Part shown: one piece after another, positions 39,032-54,651 of the stretch | Layout of the letters: the number at the start of each line of letters is the position of its first letter | How positions within the stretch are numbered: position 1 is the first letter of the stretch | Assembly: GCA_951406725.2 (NCBI GenBank) | Contig: OX597823.1 | Span: 38,378,001-38,442,000, forward strand | Direction: 5' to 3' | DNA length: 64,000 nt | Source: Octopus vulgaris | Lineage: Eukaryota | Translations under genes and position numbers: made by a program | The notes under the pieces: model-generated | Told to the model about the DNA's origin: nothing | Databases searched by the model: none | The model's input: only the letters and a program-made list of their open reading frames with translations

Positions 39032-42000
39032 AATTCCTTAACAAACCTACCATGATAAACCAAAACTCACAAAAACATATAATGATAAAATCTCCCTTTA
39101 CTAATCTATAACATACCTATATAGCAATCCCCCTAACCTAAACATTCACACACAAATACACACACGTAAACCACACACCCACGACATATACAAATACCCA
39201 CACCACTTACACATACCAATACATACATATAAACCTCAACATATACTCCAAAAACCCACTCAACCCCACACAGACAAATAAACACAAAAATTATGAATGG
39301 ATTCTTTTATAAAACTACCATGATAAGCTAAAACTCACAAAACAGAAATGATAAAACCTCCCTTTACTAAACACTATAACATACTTATATAGCAATCCCT
39401 TTAACCTATACATTCACACACAAAAACACACAAGTAAACCACACACCCATAACAAATACAAACACCCACCCCACTCACACACACCCACAAGTACATATAA
39501 ACCTCAACATATACACGAACAAAATTACTTTACCAAGGAACTTAACATATGTATAAAAAGTATAACCGCTCCGGAAACGAACATCTCTAAATTAATGAAT
39601 GGAGAAATGGAATAAATGGAATTAAAAATAATATTCACGTGGCAAAACGAACACCACTCAAAAATTATGAATGAAACAATGCAATAAAACAACCAACATC
39701 GAAAATAGACAAATTACCACGAATTCCCTAAAAAAACCATGATAAACCAAAACTCTTAAAAACATATAACGATAAAATCTCCCTTTGCTAAACTCTATAA
39801 CAAACCTATATAGCAATCCCCCTAACCTAAACATTCACACACAAATACACACACGTAAACCACAGACCCACGACATATACACATACCTATACTAACTTAT
39901 AAACCTCAATATACACCAAAATCCACTCCCTCCACACACAGACAAATTAACACATACATCCCAAAACCTAAATAACAAACCCATATACACATTCACACAC
40001 AAACACACACACAGGCAAAACACACACACACAACAGATACATATACTCCCTCACATATACGCATATACATACTCACTAAACTCGATATATACAACAATAT
40101 TTACACACCCACACTCATACAGATAAATAAATTATACAACTAAAAACTCACATACAATCTCATATACATAAACACTCCTATGAAAACAACATTAAATACA
40201 TCGTAATTAACCAGAATATCAAAAATAACAATATGACATAAGGATAAATAAAATACATACTTACAAGTCAGTTTCAAATTATAAAGTGAAATTAAATTCT
40301 TAGCCGTTAAAAAAATCAAACCAAAATTACGTTACCATAGAAATAACTTATGTAAAAAAAGAATACGCGTCATGGAAAGTAAACGTCATTTAAAATTATG
40401 AATGGAGAAAAAGAATAAATGGAACTAAAAACTATATCCACGTGGCAAACCAACACTACTTAAAAAAATTTATTATGAATGGATTCTTTAAAAAACTACC
40501 ATGAAAAATCATTATATACATTTATGAGCTTTAGCTCACCTTAGCAGCTCTAACAAACAACTTGCAGCAACCCAAACCTATTCTCGATGCCTACCTCACT
40601 ACTACACTATTCCACTCACAATTCCAAGCAACGCTAGTCCACCACCCGGTTACAATTCCCAACTCCACCCATTCATTCACAATTTCAACGACGTTCGCCT
40701 CCACAGCGCTACATATAAGCCTCAACATATACACCGGAGATTCACATCCGTGCGAATGGGTGAGATTAATTCCTTAACAAACCTACCAAGATAAACCAAA
40801 ACTCACAAAACATATAATGATAAAATCTCCCTTTACTAAACTCTATAACATACCTATATAGCAATCCCCCTAACCTAAACATTCACACACAAATACACAC
40901 ACGTAAACCACACACCCACGACATATAGATACCCACACCACTTACACATACCAATACATACATATAAACCTCAACATATACTCCAAAACCCACTCAACCC
41001 CACACATACAAATAAACACAAAAATTATGAATGGATTCTTTTATAAAACTACCATGATAAGCTAAAACTCACAAAACAGAAATAATAAAACCTCCCTTTA
41101 CTAAACACTATAACATACTTATATAGCAATCCCTTTAACCTATACATTCACACACAAAAAAACACACGTAAACCACACACCCATAACAAATACAAACACC
41201 CACCCCACTCACACACACCCACAAGTACAAATAAGCCTCAACATATACACCAAACAAAATTACTTTACCAAGGAACTTAACATATGTATAAAAAATATAA
41301 CCGCTCTGGAAACGAACATCTCTAAATTAATGAATGGAGAAATGGAATAAATGGAATTAAAAATAATATTCACGTGGCAAAACGAACACCACTCAAAAAT
41401 TATGAATGAAACAATGTAATAAAACAACCAACATCGAAAATAGACAAATTACCACGAATTCCCTAAAAAAACCATGATAAACCAAATCTCTTAAAACCTA
41501 CAACGATAAATCTCCCTTTGCTAAACTCTATAACAAACCTATATAGCAATCCCCCTAACCTAAACATTCACACACAAATACACACACTTAAACCACAGAC
41601 CCACGACATATACACATACCTATACTAACTTATAAACCTCAATATACACCAAAACCCACTCCCTCCACACACAGACAAATTAACACATACATCCCAAAAC
41701 CTAAATAACAAACCCATATACACATTCACACACAAACACACACACACGCAAAACACACACACACAACAGATACATATACTCCCTCACATATACGCATATA
41801 CATACTCACTAAACTCGATATATACAACAATATTTACACACCCACACTCATACAGATAAATAAATTATACAACTAAAAACTCACACACAATCTCATATAC
41901 ATAAACACTCCTATGAAAACAACATTAAATACATCGTAATTAACCGGAATATCAAAAATAACAATATGACATAAGGATAAATAAAAAACATACTTACAAG

Positions 42001-42355
42001 TCAGTTTCAAATTATGAAGTGAAATTAAATTCTTAGCCGTTAAAAGAATCAAACCAAAATTACGTTACCATAGAAATAACTTATGTAAAAAAAGAATACG
42101 CGCCATGGAAAGTAAACGTCATTTAAAATTATGAATGGAGAAAAGGAATAAATGGAACTAAAAACTATATCCACGTGGCAAACCAACACTACTTAAAAAA
42201 ATTTATTATGAATGGATTCTTTAAAAAAACTACCATGAAAAATCATTATATACATTTATGAGCTTTAGCTCACCTTAGCAGCTCTAACAAACAACTTGCA
42301 GCAACCCAACCCATTCTCGATGCCTACCTCACTACTACACTATTCCACTCACAAT
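39032..42355. repeat. Hierarchical direct repeats (~1.73-kb period containing ~700-bp and ~270-bp subrepeats), strongly A/C-rich on +
   Basis: aattccttaacaaacctacca occurs at 39032 and 40768. The motif ccatgataa...ctccctttrctaa...tatagcaatccc recurs six times. Confidence 0.88.
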
Positions 42356-42815
42356 TTTGAGTGATGTCCGTTTTCTAGAGCGTGAATGTGGGTTGTATGT
42401 GTGTGTGTGTGGGAGTATGAATAAGTATTGTGTTGAAGTATTTAGCTATTTTATTTATTTATAGTTGCCTAGACGTTTTTATGTGTATGTATAGGGATAT
42501 ATATATAGGTGTGTGGTTTAGTGTATGTAGTTAGATATGGTTATATATAATTAGGTATATGTGTATGGGTGTATATATAGTTTATTATTATATTATTATT
42601 ATTATTTTTTTGTTTTGTTTTATATTTTATATTTTATATTTTATATTTAATTGTTGATAGGTTTATTTTAGTTTATATATTGTTTATATATTGATTATAT
42701 ATGGATTATATATAGGTTATATATGGATTATATATTTATATTTTTTCATTCATACTTTAATTATTTTAAAATTATTATTTGTATATTTTAAAATATTGAT
42801 ATTTTAGATTGAAGT

Positions 42816-42858
42816 CCACCTGAAGATTGTCGATCAAGACAAGAAACGATTGTAGTGG
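42816..42858 (+). ncRNA. Minimal type I hammerhead ribozyme
   Basis: Stem I ccac/gtgg, core CTGAAGA, stem II ttgtc/gacaa, GAAA, short stem III ac-gatt-gt, and a GUA cleavage triplet (cut after 42854). Confidence 0.88.
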
Positions 42859-43033
42859 CGGTTTTTTTGACTATTTATTAAAATTTTATGTATTGATTAA
42901 GTCTTTCCTTGTTTGTTTTGCAAAATAGTGGTTTTGTCTCTAATAATATTTTATAATATTTTACTATAAAATTGGATTTAATCCTAAATCTGATTTTTTT
43001 CCCTGTAAATTTGGATTTATTCCCTAATATTTA

Positions 43034-43626
<593 letters not shown>

Positions 43627-43884
43627 CTTTGATACTTTGATAGGTTTCGGCCATTATTGGCCCAGGCCATGTCTAACTTAATAGCACCACCTGGTGAAGT
43701 CTTTCAAATCAGAATTTGGGCACTATGGCCCACTCAAGTAGAGAGTTATTGTTTACAGAGACATATCCGGGTGTAGGGGGTTTATCCGGGATTTCTTGAA
43801 GGAATCTGTCCAAAGACTTCTTGAACCCTATAGGGTCAGTTTCTGTTTTAATGTGTTTTGGTGTAATGTTAAAGAGAGCGGGGG
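43627..43884 (-). mobile_element. 258-bp 3' end of a second CR1-group LINE family in (TA)n
   Basis: [12 protein letters not shown]...[16 protein letters not shown]...NNSLLEW* aligns to the ORF2 C-terminus [12 protein letters not shown]...[16 protein letters not shown]...SNSLMHQ. The tail is (ATCAAAGT)2. Confidence 0.85.
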
Positions 43885-44662
<778 letters not shown>

Positions 44663-47600
44663 AAACTTGTTCCTTCAATCAAAGTATTTAAAATGTTCAA
44701 GACGTGAGATTTTGAAATATATAAGTTTGCAATATCCTATTGTAAAGTATCTTAACCACGGTTATAGCTAACCTCTAATACTTTGTCTTCTTGATTAGTT
44801 AGCTGCAACAAAATATTTTCTTTGAAATTTCTAAATTTAAGTCTTGTCAAGGTCTAGTTAAATGTATACTATAATTTATATGACAGTCATCTGTATCTTT
44901 GCTGCAGATGAACACATTCTCAAACTACACCTACTTTCTTAAAAAGAATATCTTAATGTAATTTATGCTGGTCTTTTCCTGAACAAAAAATGGGATGGCC
45001 ATGACTTGGTTTCTTTTCATCCTTGGCCTCTTTAACCAGGATTGGCTTGGAGCTAAGCAACAACAAACAAATCCTTCTGTTGTAGAAAATTTTTTTTATT
45101 TATTGAAGAACAAAAAAAATTTTTTTAATTCATCTGTTAGTGCTTAGCAAATTAATAAATCTAAAGAAATTCTGAATAATTCCTATATTTTAATTTTTGA
45201 TTTAATCAATTTTTTTTTTACATAGAGATTACATTTTAAAAATTGATATATAATTTCATATTGATGTTTCAGTTTTTCATACATTATTTTTGCATCTTAT
45301 ATCTATTAGTTTAAAAATCAAACGAATCTATGGATATATTCTATAGAAGATTATAACAACAAAATGAAACAAATACTGGTAACACATCAATAACTTAATG
45401 TCCAATCTTGGTGCCATAAGAATGTTAACTATGCTAATTGGTCTATCCAGTTTACTTTAACCTCTAATATTAGTGAACTTATAAACAATGTGTTAGTGAA
45501 TATATAAAGTTGGTACGCAACTGTTCACTCCAGAGAGAGTGGAAAGGTCCATTTCTCTCTTTTTGTGTCTGCACACACATACTGTATAGATGAATTGTTA
45601 TAACACAGTGTTGGCTAACAAAATATCTATAAATATGATCTATATTACACTATAGCAATGTAATAAAACATTGTTTATGCATCTGTAATTATCTTTTTTG
45701 CAAAAGACTATTATTGTCTGTCTGCCTGTCTCTCCTTCTCTCTTTCTCTCTCTCTTTCACACACAAACACATGCATACATATGAACACACTTAGCCTTTC
45801 TGTGAAGGACTTTGCATTTTAATTGTGGTCAGAAACTAATCTCTCAGCTTCAAATTTTCTTTAACTCTCTTTAAAGCTACTAATGTAATAAAAGAACATT
45901 ATATATGATTAAAATCCAAATTCATCACAGAATTTGATTGATATCACTATATTTTATATGCAACAAAATGTTACAAAAATGTCTCACTTCACCTAAATTA
46001 GAAAATTTGATACTTTGGTACATTGAGCTTAATTTGAGTTTAAGATGACTCAGAGTCATGCTAGCCTAGTTCTTGTTATGGATAGCTTATTGCAGGCTAA
46101 CATGTAATTAATACACACCTCTATTTGAGATTTTGCAGTGGCAATGATATAACTTTTTCACTTCATCTAGTCAAGTAATCCTAAAATATAATCTTTCATT
46201 CAAACACACCACCATACATGCAAAAACATTCACATACTCTCATGCACTTGGAATGCGGATAAATATTGAATGTACTTGTAATGAATACATTATTGTATTT
46301 TTTTGCAATGTTCTCAATAATTGTCAGTGTTTGAATTGTTCCATATTTATAGCTATGATAAAATATTTATGCACTTAACACTATCTTGTAATCCTTTACT
46401 AGATTAATATCTGTACACACCAATGCTCTTCATTAATATTAGCAAAGTTGCCAAGAAAACATTTAGTCATACATGATTTCATAGTTTTTATGAATTTATA
46501 TAATATGGTATATTGTATGATGAACAAAGCGTGATATCTATGGCTAATATAATATTGTTGAAACCAATGTTATTAGAATGAAGTGATATAAATAAAATTA
46601 TAATAACAATAGTTTTGACCTTTATAAGACCTTCAGATGTAGAGTATGACTTTATTCTTTTATTTTTTTTACTAGAATTGTATGTAGGAATTCAGTGCTG
46701 CATAAACAATCTAATGTGGGTATATATGTCTTAAAGCTAGTAATAATGTATTGTGTAAACTGAAAACTAGATTGTTTCATATACATGAACCAAAATCTGT
46801 TGACAAAACAGTTGGGAAGACCCTAAGCTTTACCAATGATGAAAATATAATTAAAAGTTGTGATTTGTTTATTTTATTATATTCTTTTTGAAAGATTAGA
46901 AACCTTTATCTCTGTTTTGCATTGCTTTAAATACACAATGTATTCTGAATAAAGCTTGCATTATGAAAAACAAAATGATATAACTTACTTAGTTTTTACA
47001 TCATTACAGGTAAGATAGGTTGTTTATTCAGTAGACCATCAGACATTGCTCTCCCAGTGCTAGTAAACCCATTCTCCTTTTCTCTATATAATTTTCAGCA
47101 TTGGGTGCCTGCCTGGTTAGCATTAGAAAGGGCATCTGACTATAAAACAATGTCACACCATATTTGTTCAAGCATGGAGAAATGGAGATAAAATAAAGGC
47201 ATGAATCTCTGAACTATCCACTTCATCCCTCCATCTTCTTCATTGTCATTCTTTGTTTCTTTTGTGTTGCATCGGAATGAAGTGTGTCATCTTTATCATG
47301 AACCTGTTGTAATGCATCCTCTGGATGCATCCAGTTTTATGAACTTAATCCTGATATGTAGTTTTGTTTTGTTTTTGGATCTATTTCATTGTTTTATGAT
47401 TCTTCTGCACTATTCCACACTTAATTTATTTGTGACTATATTGAGTTGTTTATAGCCTGTTTGTTTGGTTCCAACTAAAAACGATACAAACAGAGAAAGA
47501 AAAATAAATAATACAGCAAAATACTTCAGATTGGCAAGCCTTCAGGGGAGTAATTACTATTTTTAGAAGCATAATGCGACCAAGAGTTGTTTAGATGAAG

Positions 47601-48729
47601 TGAATATTGTATATTGTCCATAAACACTGAAGGAAATTTAAGAGTATGCCTGTTGTTTAAAAAATGTGTGTTATTATTTAGCCTTGTGTTTTCATTGGTT
47701 GAGCGGACCTTATGGTCAAAGGTTTTCTAGTAGCGACCATCTAGTCTTTTCAGGCATAGTCTTTAGTTATCCACTATATTCTCCCTTTTCTTAATGACAG
47801 TAGATTATGGCTTAAGATATTTCTAGTAAGTCAAACAGAGGCTTTCTCATTGGCTGTTAGACTGTCTTTAATTTTACAAGTTAGTGAGATAAGAGTAATA
47901 TAAGTAAAGTATCTGATGTAGCATGAATGAATACAGTATAAAACTTTAAAATTTAAAGCGCTTAAAAATTTTTTAAATTGGTGTTGTAAGTGAATTTATC
48001 AAAAGTTTTTCTTTTTGGATATTGAATAATGAAATTTATAGACAACAATTGTACTAGCTATGTATTCTGAACTATTCTATAGTGATTTTTATTTATTTAG
48101 CCTACTGAGATTTGGACATGTAAATCTGAGCACATAAACATGTATAAGAACCAACATAAATAAAATTAAACTTGAATAAATGTTTTATTTTCACTTTACA
48201 TCTAATACAGAAGGTAATTGAAAAGATGCAGTCAGGTTTTGATGTGATAAGAATCTTCCCCTTTCAGCTATTATCAGTTTCTTTTGGAAATAAACAAATA
48301 TTATTATTGCAGACCTTATACTATTAAAGGTCATTGTTTCAAGTTGCGGCTATTTTACTATTACCAAAACTATCCATATGGCCATTTAGATAAAAGAAAC
48401 AAATCTGCTTTTTATCATGAGTGCTTATAAGCTCTTTCATTCTTGTTGCAGCAGTAAAGCATCACAGCCAAACTTCTGTCATATGTCAATCATTGAATGG
48501 AAGCATGCCTTTATTAAGAGATAATACTATTTTTGTGTTTACAAGTATTTATCCAAATACCATTGTAATCATATACAATTGGAGTAGATTGTATGATGAT
48601 ATTTTTGCATAATTAATTAGCATTAACAGTCTCTTAAAACTTAAATCTTTGTCCCAAACACAATTAGAAATATATTTAATGGAAGACGGCAATGGATTAA
48701 CCATTAGTTTTAATAATGAGTGTTTAAGT

Positions 48730-49050
48730 GTTAGATTAACCGAACTCCTGCTGAGATAATTACATGTAAGTAGCTGAATATTCCACAGCCATATGGAATG
48801 TGTTCCTTTAATGTAAATGTCAGGGTCAGTCAGTATGACAAAACATGGTGAAGCTGGACCTTTGAATTAGAGAAACAATACATCTGAAAGAAAGAGAGAG
48901 GGAATTTAATCCCAGCAGTGGACTAGTAGTTTATTGACCTTAAAAAGATGAAAGACAGTATTGAATTTGGCAAGATTTTAACTCAGAGTACAGAGAGCCG
49001 GAAAGAATGCTACAAGGTATTCTATTTGATTGTTATCATTCTGCTAATAT
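48730..49050 (-). mobile_element. Decayed SINE fragments from two families
   Basis: cctgctgagataattacatgtaagtagctgaatattccacag...cctttgaatt, followed by aaagatgaaagac...gatttaactcaga. Confidence 0.5.
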
Positions 49051-49449
49051 GACACTTTTTCAATGAAAGTTATTTGTTTGATAAGAATACTTTTTAATTA
49101 ATCAGTATTATATTTTTATTGACATCCCCCCAAAAAACAACATGAACTATCTCAATGGATCATTTCAGGTAAAAGCTCTTGGCAAACACATAGATAAAAG
49201 TAATATTTAATCAAACACTTTTTCACGCCTGGTTGCGTCAGGTCCAATTCATTGAGGCAGATTTCCTACAGTCAGACACACTTCCTGTCACCAACCCTCA
49301 CCTGTTTCCAAGAAAGGTAATATTTCCTCATGGTCAGACATGTTTTTCATGAAAGATTAGAAATGTACAACCTCACTAGCATGATGATGATAATCATTCA
49401 GAACCATTGCATGATGTCAAGATAAGGGTACACATAAAAACACACACAT

Positions 49450-49600
49450 ACATATGATGGGCTTCTTTCAGTTTCCATCTACCAGATCTATTCATAAAGC
49501 TTTGGTCAGCTTATGGCTATAATAGAAGACATTTGCCTAAGGTGCCTCACTATGGGATTAAGCCCAAAGCCACATGGTTGGGAATCAAGCTTCTTTATTC
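49450..49600 (-). mobile_element. SINE 5' part
   Basis: gggcttctttcagtttcc...gctttggtcagc...atttgcctaaggtgcc...cacatggttggga. Confidence 0.65.
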
Positions 49601-49630
49601 CCAACACACAGATATACATTATCATGTCCA

Positions 49631-49836
49631 GTAAGTTCACCATCATCAATTCACTGCAGGGAAAGTTCACTGGTTTTTTTCAATAAAATAGTTTTTAACT
49701 ATTAATGGTGAGATACAATGGATATATTTTCTTGGTAAACTTTCCTCATGGTGAATTCTCTTCATGGTGAATTGACAGTGGTGAACTTTTCCTGTGGTGA
49801 ATTTATGGTGATGAACTTTCTTTGCAGTGAACTTAC
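49631..49836. mobile_element. MITE-like element with short inverted ends and subterminal ggtgaa repeats
   Basis: gtaagttcac ... gtgaacttac; ttcac repeats on the left mirror (g)gtgaa repeats on the right. Confidence 0.55.
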
Positions 49837-50787
49837 CTGTAACCATACATTATACACACATTCACTCATAAATTTATTTTATAGAAAACAATGTGTAAAG
49901 AATTAACCTGACATGACAATTAAAAACTGGAGAGTAAACCATAACTCATTTTTGAAATATTAAATTATGATTGTTGTTATTGTTGTTACTGAACTGTACA
50001 TTATTTCCGACTGAGTTTCTCTAACCATGGCCATCCTATCCAGTTTTTTCAGACAACCTATCTCAGATTACATTATCCAATATGTCTTTCCTCCCACCTT
50101 TTTATATATATTTTTAAATGATGTAGTAGGCTTTGAGGGAAATTTGGTTGCTATTTCTAGCTGGTCACCCAACCTCAAAGAGGCTCCCTCAATAGCTCAT
50201 TAATGTATGATTATTTGATGTGGTTAAATTTTACATCAGTTGCCACAGTCATTTTAGACACTGATCAACTCATTGACCTGGAAGTCTATGGTGCTTTTAG
50301 TACTCAGGATCAATTATTTATGGTTTATTATTAAAATGCATTTGTAAAGTAAGCCTGTCCATTAAAAGAGTTTACTAGACAGAATGATCTAAAAGAAATT
50401 TTGAATATGTTTCTATTAACTCTGCATTGATAATTATAGCTTTAGGTACATGCCTGATAGCATCATGCTTCACTGTAGCTTATTATTATTTTACAAACTG
50501 TGTTTCTCCATTTGATTATTTATCAAATTAAAGCATCTTGGTACAATAATAAGATAATGTAAATTATGAAATACTTTGTCTCCTTATAGAAAAAAATGAA
50601 GTGGGAACGTTCCAGTGGATATGTGTATGAATAACATTGTATAATTAAGCTAAGAGGAAAACTAGGTGTCAAAAGGAATCAAATGTAGTTTGTCTAAGAA
50701 AAGACTGCACTGGTATGGACATGTGATGTGTCTGAAGTTTGACATAAGGAAGTTTTAAAGCACACAAAGTGAATTAAATCTGTGGAA

Positions 50788-50980
50788 TAGTGAAAACTGT
50801 TCCCAAAGTAGTGAAAACCCAAAGTAGTGAAAACCGTTCCCAAAGTAGTGAAAACTGTTCCCAAAGTAGTGAAAACTGTTCCCAAAGAAGTGAAAACTGT
50901 TCCCATAGTAGTGAAAACCATTCCCAAAGTAGTGAAAACCGTTCCCAAAGTAGTGAAAACTGCTCCCAAATTAGTAAAAA
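50788..50980. repeat. 21-bp minisatellite (gtagtgaaaactgttcccaaa), about 9 units
   Basis: Seen directly in the sequence; there are no unique spacers. Confidence 0.92.
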
Positions 50981-51713
50981 TTGTTCTTTCATCCCCAAGT
51001 TGCTTCTTTGTCTATCCATTATACCCTCACTCTCTTTCTACTTTAAAAACCACTGACCATTTCTATGACTGTCCATTATTTTTTCCAACTCTCTCTCCCC
51101 ACCAATATTCTCTATCTCTCTTATTACACCTGCCATCACTATCTCTTTAATATTACTGTTCCTCTTCCCTCCTTCTAGCACTGTCTTTTTCATTTCTCTC
51201 TCTAGTCACTCTGTCTCCTTGCCATACTCTTACTTCTTTTCCCCTTCCCACTCTGGTTTATCTTTCACAGTCACTCTCTGTCCTGCTACCCACTCTGTTG
51301 ATCATGTTGTCCTGAATGGAGACCTCATGCAATTGCTGTGATCCCTTTTGCCTTGCAGGGTAAAAGGCAACCTAAAAAGTGCTAGTGCTGTAATGAAATG
51401 TTTCCATTACACTCTGTAAAATAATTAGTGAATGAGATAAGACAAAATAGTGTTGAAAAGTCCCTTTCATCTTGTCTTTCTGTGGAAAATTGACTCCAGG
51501 ACTTATTTTCTAAGTACTTATTTCATCAGTTCCTGTTGCTGAACTACTAAGGACATAAAGACACCAACATCAGTTGTCAAGCAGTGGTGGAGGACAAACA
51601 CAGACACAAAGACACACACTCTGGTTGTGTGTGTGTGTATCAACATCATTATTACTCATTAAGATGGGTTTGAACCATGTCTGTCTCATGTTCTATATGT
51701 GTGCATGCACATA

Positions 51714-53027
51714 CAAGGAGGTACCCAAAAGAAACCGAAATTTTGCAATATTATTTTACCCACTTAGTTTTACATGTTTACACTTTTACTGCCTTCAAAG
51801 TATTCTCAATTAGAAGCAATGCATCAGTCCAGATATATTTTCCACTGTTTAAAGTAGTCTTGGAACTCTTGCAAAGTGATGCCTTTTGATGCCTCTGTTG
51901 TTTTTTTCTTCACCTCTTCCACATCTGCAAAACGTTTTCCTTTAAGGACTTTTTTCATTCAGGGGAACAAAAAAATGTCACCGGGAGCAAGATTGGGTGA
52001 ATAGGGAGGGTGGTTAGGCAGGGCCATGTCATATTTGGTCAAAACCTGTCTCACACTTAATGCAGTGTGTGCAGGCACATTGTCATGGTGAAACCACCCT
52101 CTCCACTTTGTCACAAGTCAGAGTGTTTTCATCTCATCACTTCTCACAAATGCTTCAGAATTGTCAAGTAAAATGTCTGGTTAACAGTTTGACCAGGAAG
52201 AAAAAATTCTGTGTGGACAATTCACTTCACATCGATGAAACAAATCAGCATCATCTTGATATTGGACATCACTTGATGTGCTTTTGGGGGGCATGCTGAT
52301 ATTGAATGCTTCCATTGACTTGATTGCTACTTCGCTTCCAGGTCATAGCTATAGCATCAGCTTTTGTCACCAGTGATGATCTTCGAAAAATGGTCTGTAT
52401 CAACTTCCAACTGTTCTTTCAGTTCACAACATGCCTTCAGCTGTAACTGCTTCTGATCTTCTGTGAGCAAGTGAGGCACAAATTTTGCTGCAACTCTTTT
52501 CATTCACAATTCCTCGCCCTAAATTCATTGGCAGGGGCTGCAGGACATGCCAGTCATATCAATAAGTTCGTCAATTGTTTTTGGCAACTCCAAGATCAGT
52601 TCATGAATTTTTATGTTTTCATCCATTTGAGAGGTTGATGGTCTTCCTGAATGAGGTGAGTCTTCAAGTGACAAGTGATCATTCCTAAAGCCTGAAAACC
52701 ACTCATGAACTTGTGTTTTGCTCAAGCAGTGAATTTGTAAGATGTTTGAGGCATGATGACTATTTCTGCTGCTGTTTTCCCTGGCAGAAAGCAGTATTTC
52801 ATGGAAGAATGCTGTTCCTTTGTTTCAGCCATTGCAAAAATCATTGAACAAGGGAGAAGCACTGCAATACAGAGATGCACCATGTGGCAGTACTACTTCA
52901 CTTGCCAATACTGGTTAGCAGACTGATGCCTGAGGGTCACATCACGTGGCTTCTAGCTTCAGAAGCCTGAACTACAACAGACTTGTCCCATAGAGAATAT
53001 TTCTGGTTACTTTTGGGTACCCCTTCG
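51714..53027 (-). mobile_element. Mariner-family transposon with both TIRs and a pseudogenised transposase
   Basis: TIRs caaggaggtacccaaaagaaacc and ggttacttttgggtaccccttcg, 5' TA, length about 1.3 kb. Peptides SKTQVHEWFSGFRND...EDSPHSGRPSTS and PPYSPNLAPGDIF (YSPDLAP motif). Confidence 0.88.
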
Positions 53028-53324
53028 TGTGTGTGTGTGTGTGTGTGTGTGTGCATGAAGTTTGAGTATAAAAGGTATTCACTAACCAGCTCATTAACTG
53101 TAGTGTCAAATCCATTCTAGGTACATTTTGGCATCTCTGAACAGGCACTGCTTCAGTATAAAAGTCTAAATGTTTTATTGTAGCTAGGGGAAATATAATT
53201 TCAATGATCTTGAGAGAGTTAATGTCTTAGACAAACATTTTACATAGGAGTTTTGTCTCTCATTGGCTTAAAGTTTAGGAAAGTTGTTCTATAGGTTTAC
53301 AAAAAAAAGACTTTATTTAGATAC

Positions 53325-53712
53325 ATATGTGGAAGCACTCCGTTAGTTACGGCGATGAGGGTTCCGGTTGATCCGATCAATGGAACAGCCTGCTCGTGAA
53401 ATTAACGTGTAAGTGGCTGAGCACTCCACAGACACGTGTACCCTTAACGTAGTTCTCGGGGATATTCAGCGTGACACAGAGAGTGACAAGGCCGGCCCTT
53501 TGAAATACAGATATAACAGAAACAGGAAGTAAGAGTGAGAGAAAGTTGTGGTGAAAGAGTACAGCAGGGATTACCACCATCCCTGCCGGAGCCTCATGCA
53601 GCTTTAGGTGTTTTCGATCAATAAACACTCACAACACCCGGTCTGGGAATCGAAACCGCAATCCTACGACCGCGAGTCCGCCGCCCTAATCACTGGGCCA
53701 TTGCGCCTCCAC
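53325..53712 (-). mobile_element. Young full-length tRNA-derived SINE
   Basis: Head gtggaggcgcaaTGGCCCAGTGATTagggc...GTTTCGATTCcc has A and B boxes. It is CpG-rich, and its body is shared with 21535 and 48730. Confidence 0.88.
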
Positions 53713-54616
53713 TTAGATACATATATTATATTTGGATACATATATCACCATCATCATCCTTCTTCACATCAACATTTTAACATTTGTGTTTCTATGTTGA
53801 CATTAGATATTCATTGGATGATATTTAACTCACTTTCTTCGACCTTTGGAGATTTTCTAACTCAGTGCTTGTGTTTTTCTACTCTGTAGCAGTATACTCT
53901 TCATACGAACTTCTATAATCTACCTTTTGCACAAGCGAAACCCTTGTTGCTACACTAAAGAGATCCTTTATTTCATAATCTCATTACTCAAGAAATGCTA
54001 GCCTTAAGAACTATAAGAATCAATGCTGATTCTTGCCTGTAACTCCTGTTCTTCACTGAACTCACATCTTGTCCCAAATTTGTTTACTTACACTCTCAAC
54101 AACTATTCACATACATCTATTTCCTGCAGTGTCAGTGGGAGGTCTTGTCAAAATTTCTGCAATGGCAAATATAGACTAGTTTGTTCTGCACTAAAAACTT
54201 CTATTACATCTTATCTGAACAAACTCTGTTTTGTATTAACATTATCAAAGACAGTTCCTATATAATATTGTATACCGGTTTTTATATTACATAATAAATG
54301 AGAACACTTCTTGGGAGGCTTAGTGTTCAATCTAGCAAATGTATTTAGACTTTCAGCAAGAATTATGAATTAAAAACCTTGGAGCAGTGTTAAGAAGTAC
54401 TGAAGATTATATGTTAGTATGGTCATGCAGAATATTATATTGTGTGTGTATGCATGTGTCTGTGTGATTAGGAATCAGTTAATGATTTACTTTGTAACAA
54501 ATATATATGTGCTTGTACACATAGAGAACATGAGACAGACATGGTTCAAACCCATCCTGGAAGGCAGTAACTTTTAATTAGTAATAATGATGTTGACACT
54601 CACGCACACACATACG

Positions 54617-54651
<35 letters not shown>

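Noticed and set aside
50694-51150. ORFs with 7-aa repeats, or a CRISPR-like array
   Set aside because: A 21-bp minisatellite that is open in several frames, with no spacers or splice support.
53635-53712. tRNA gene
   Set aside because: It has A and B boxes but no complete cloverleaf, and it continues into a SINE body.
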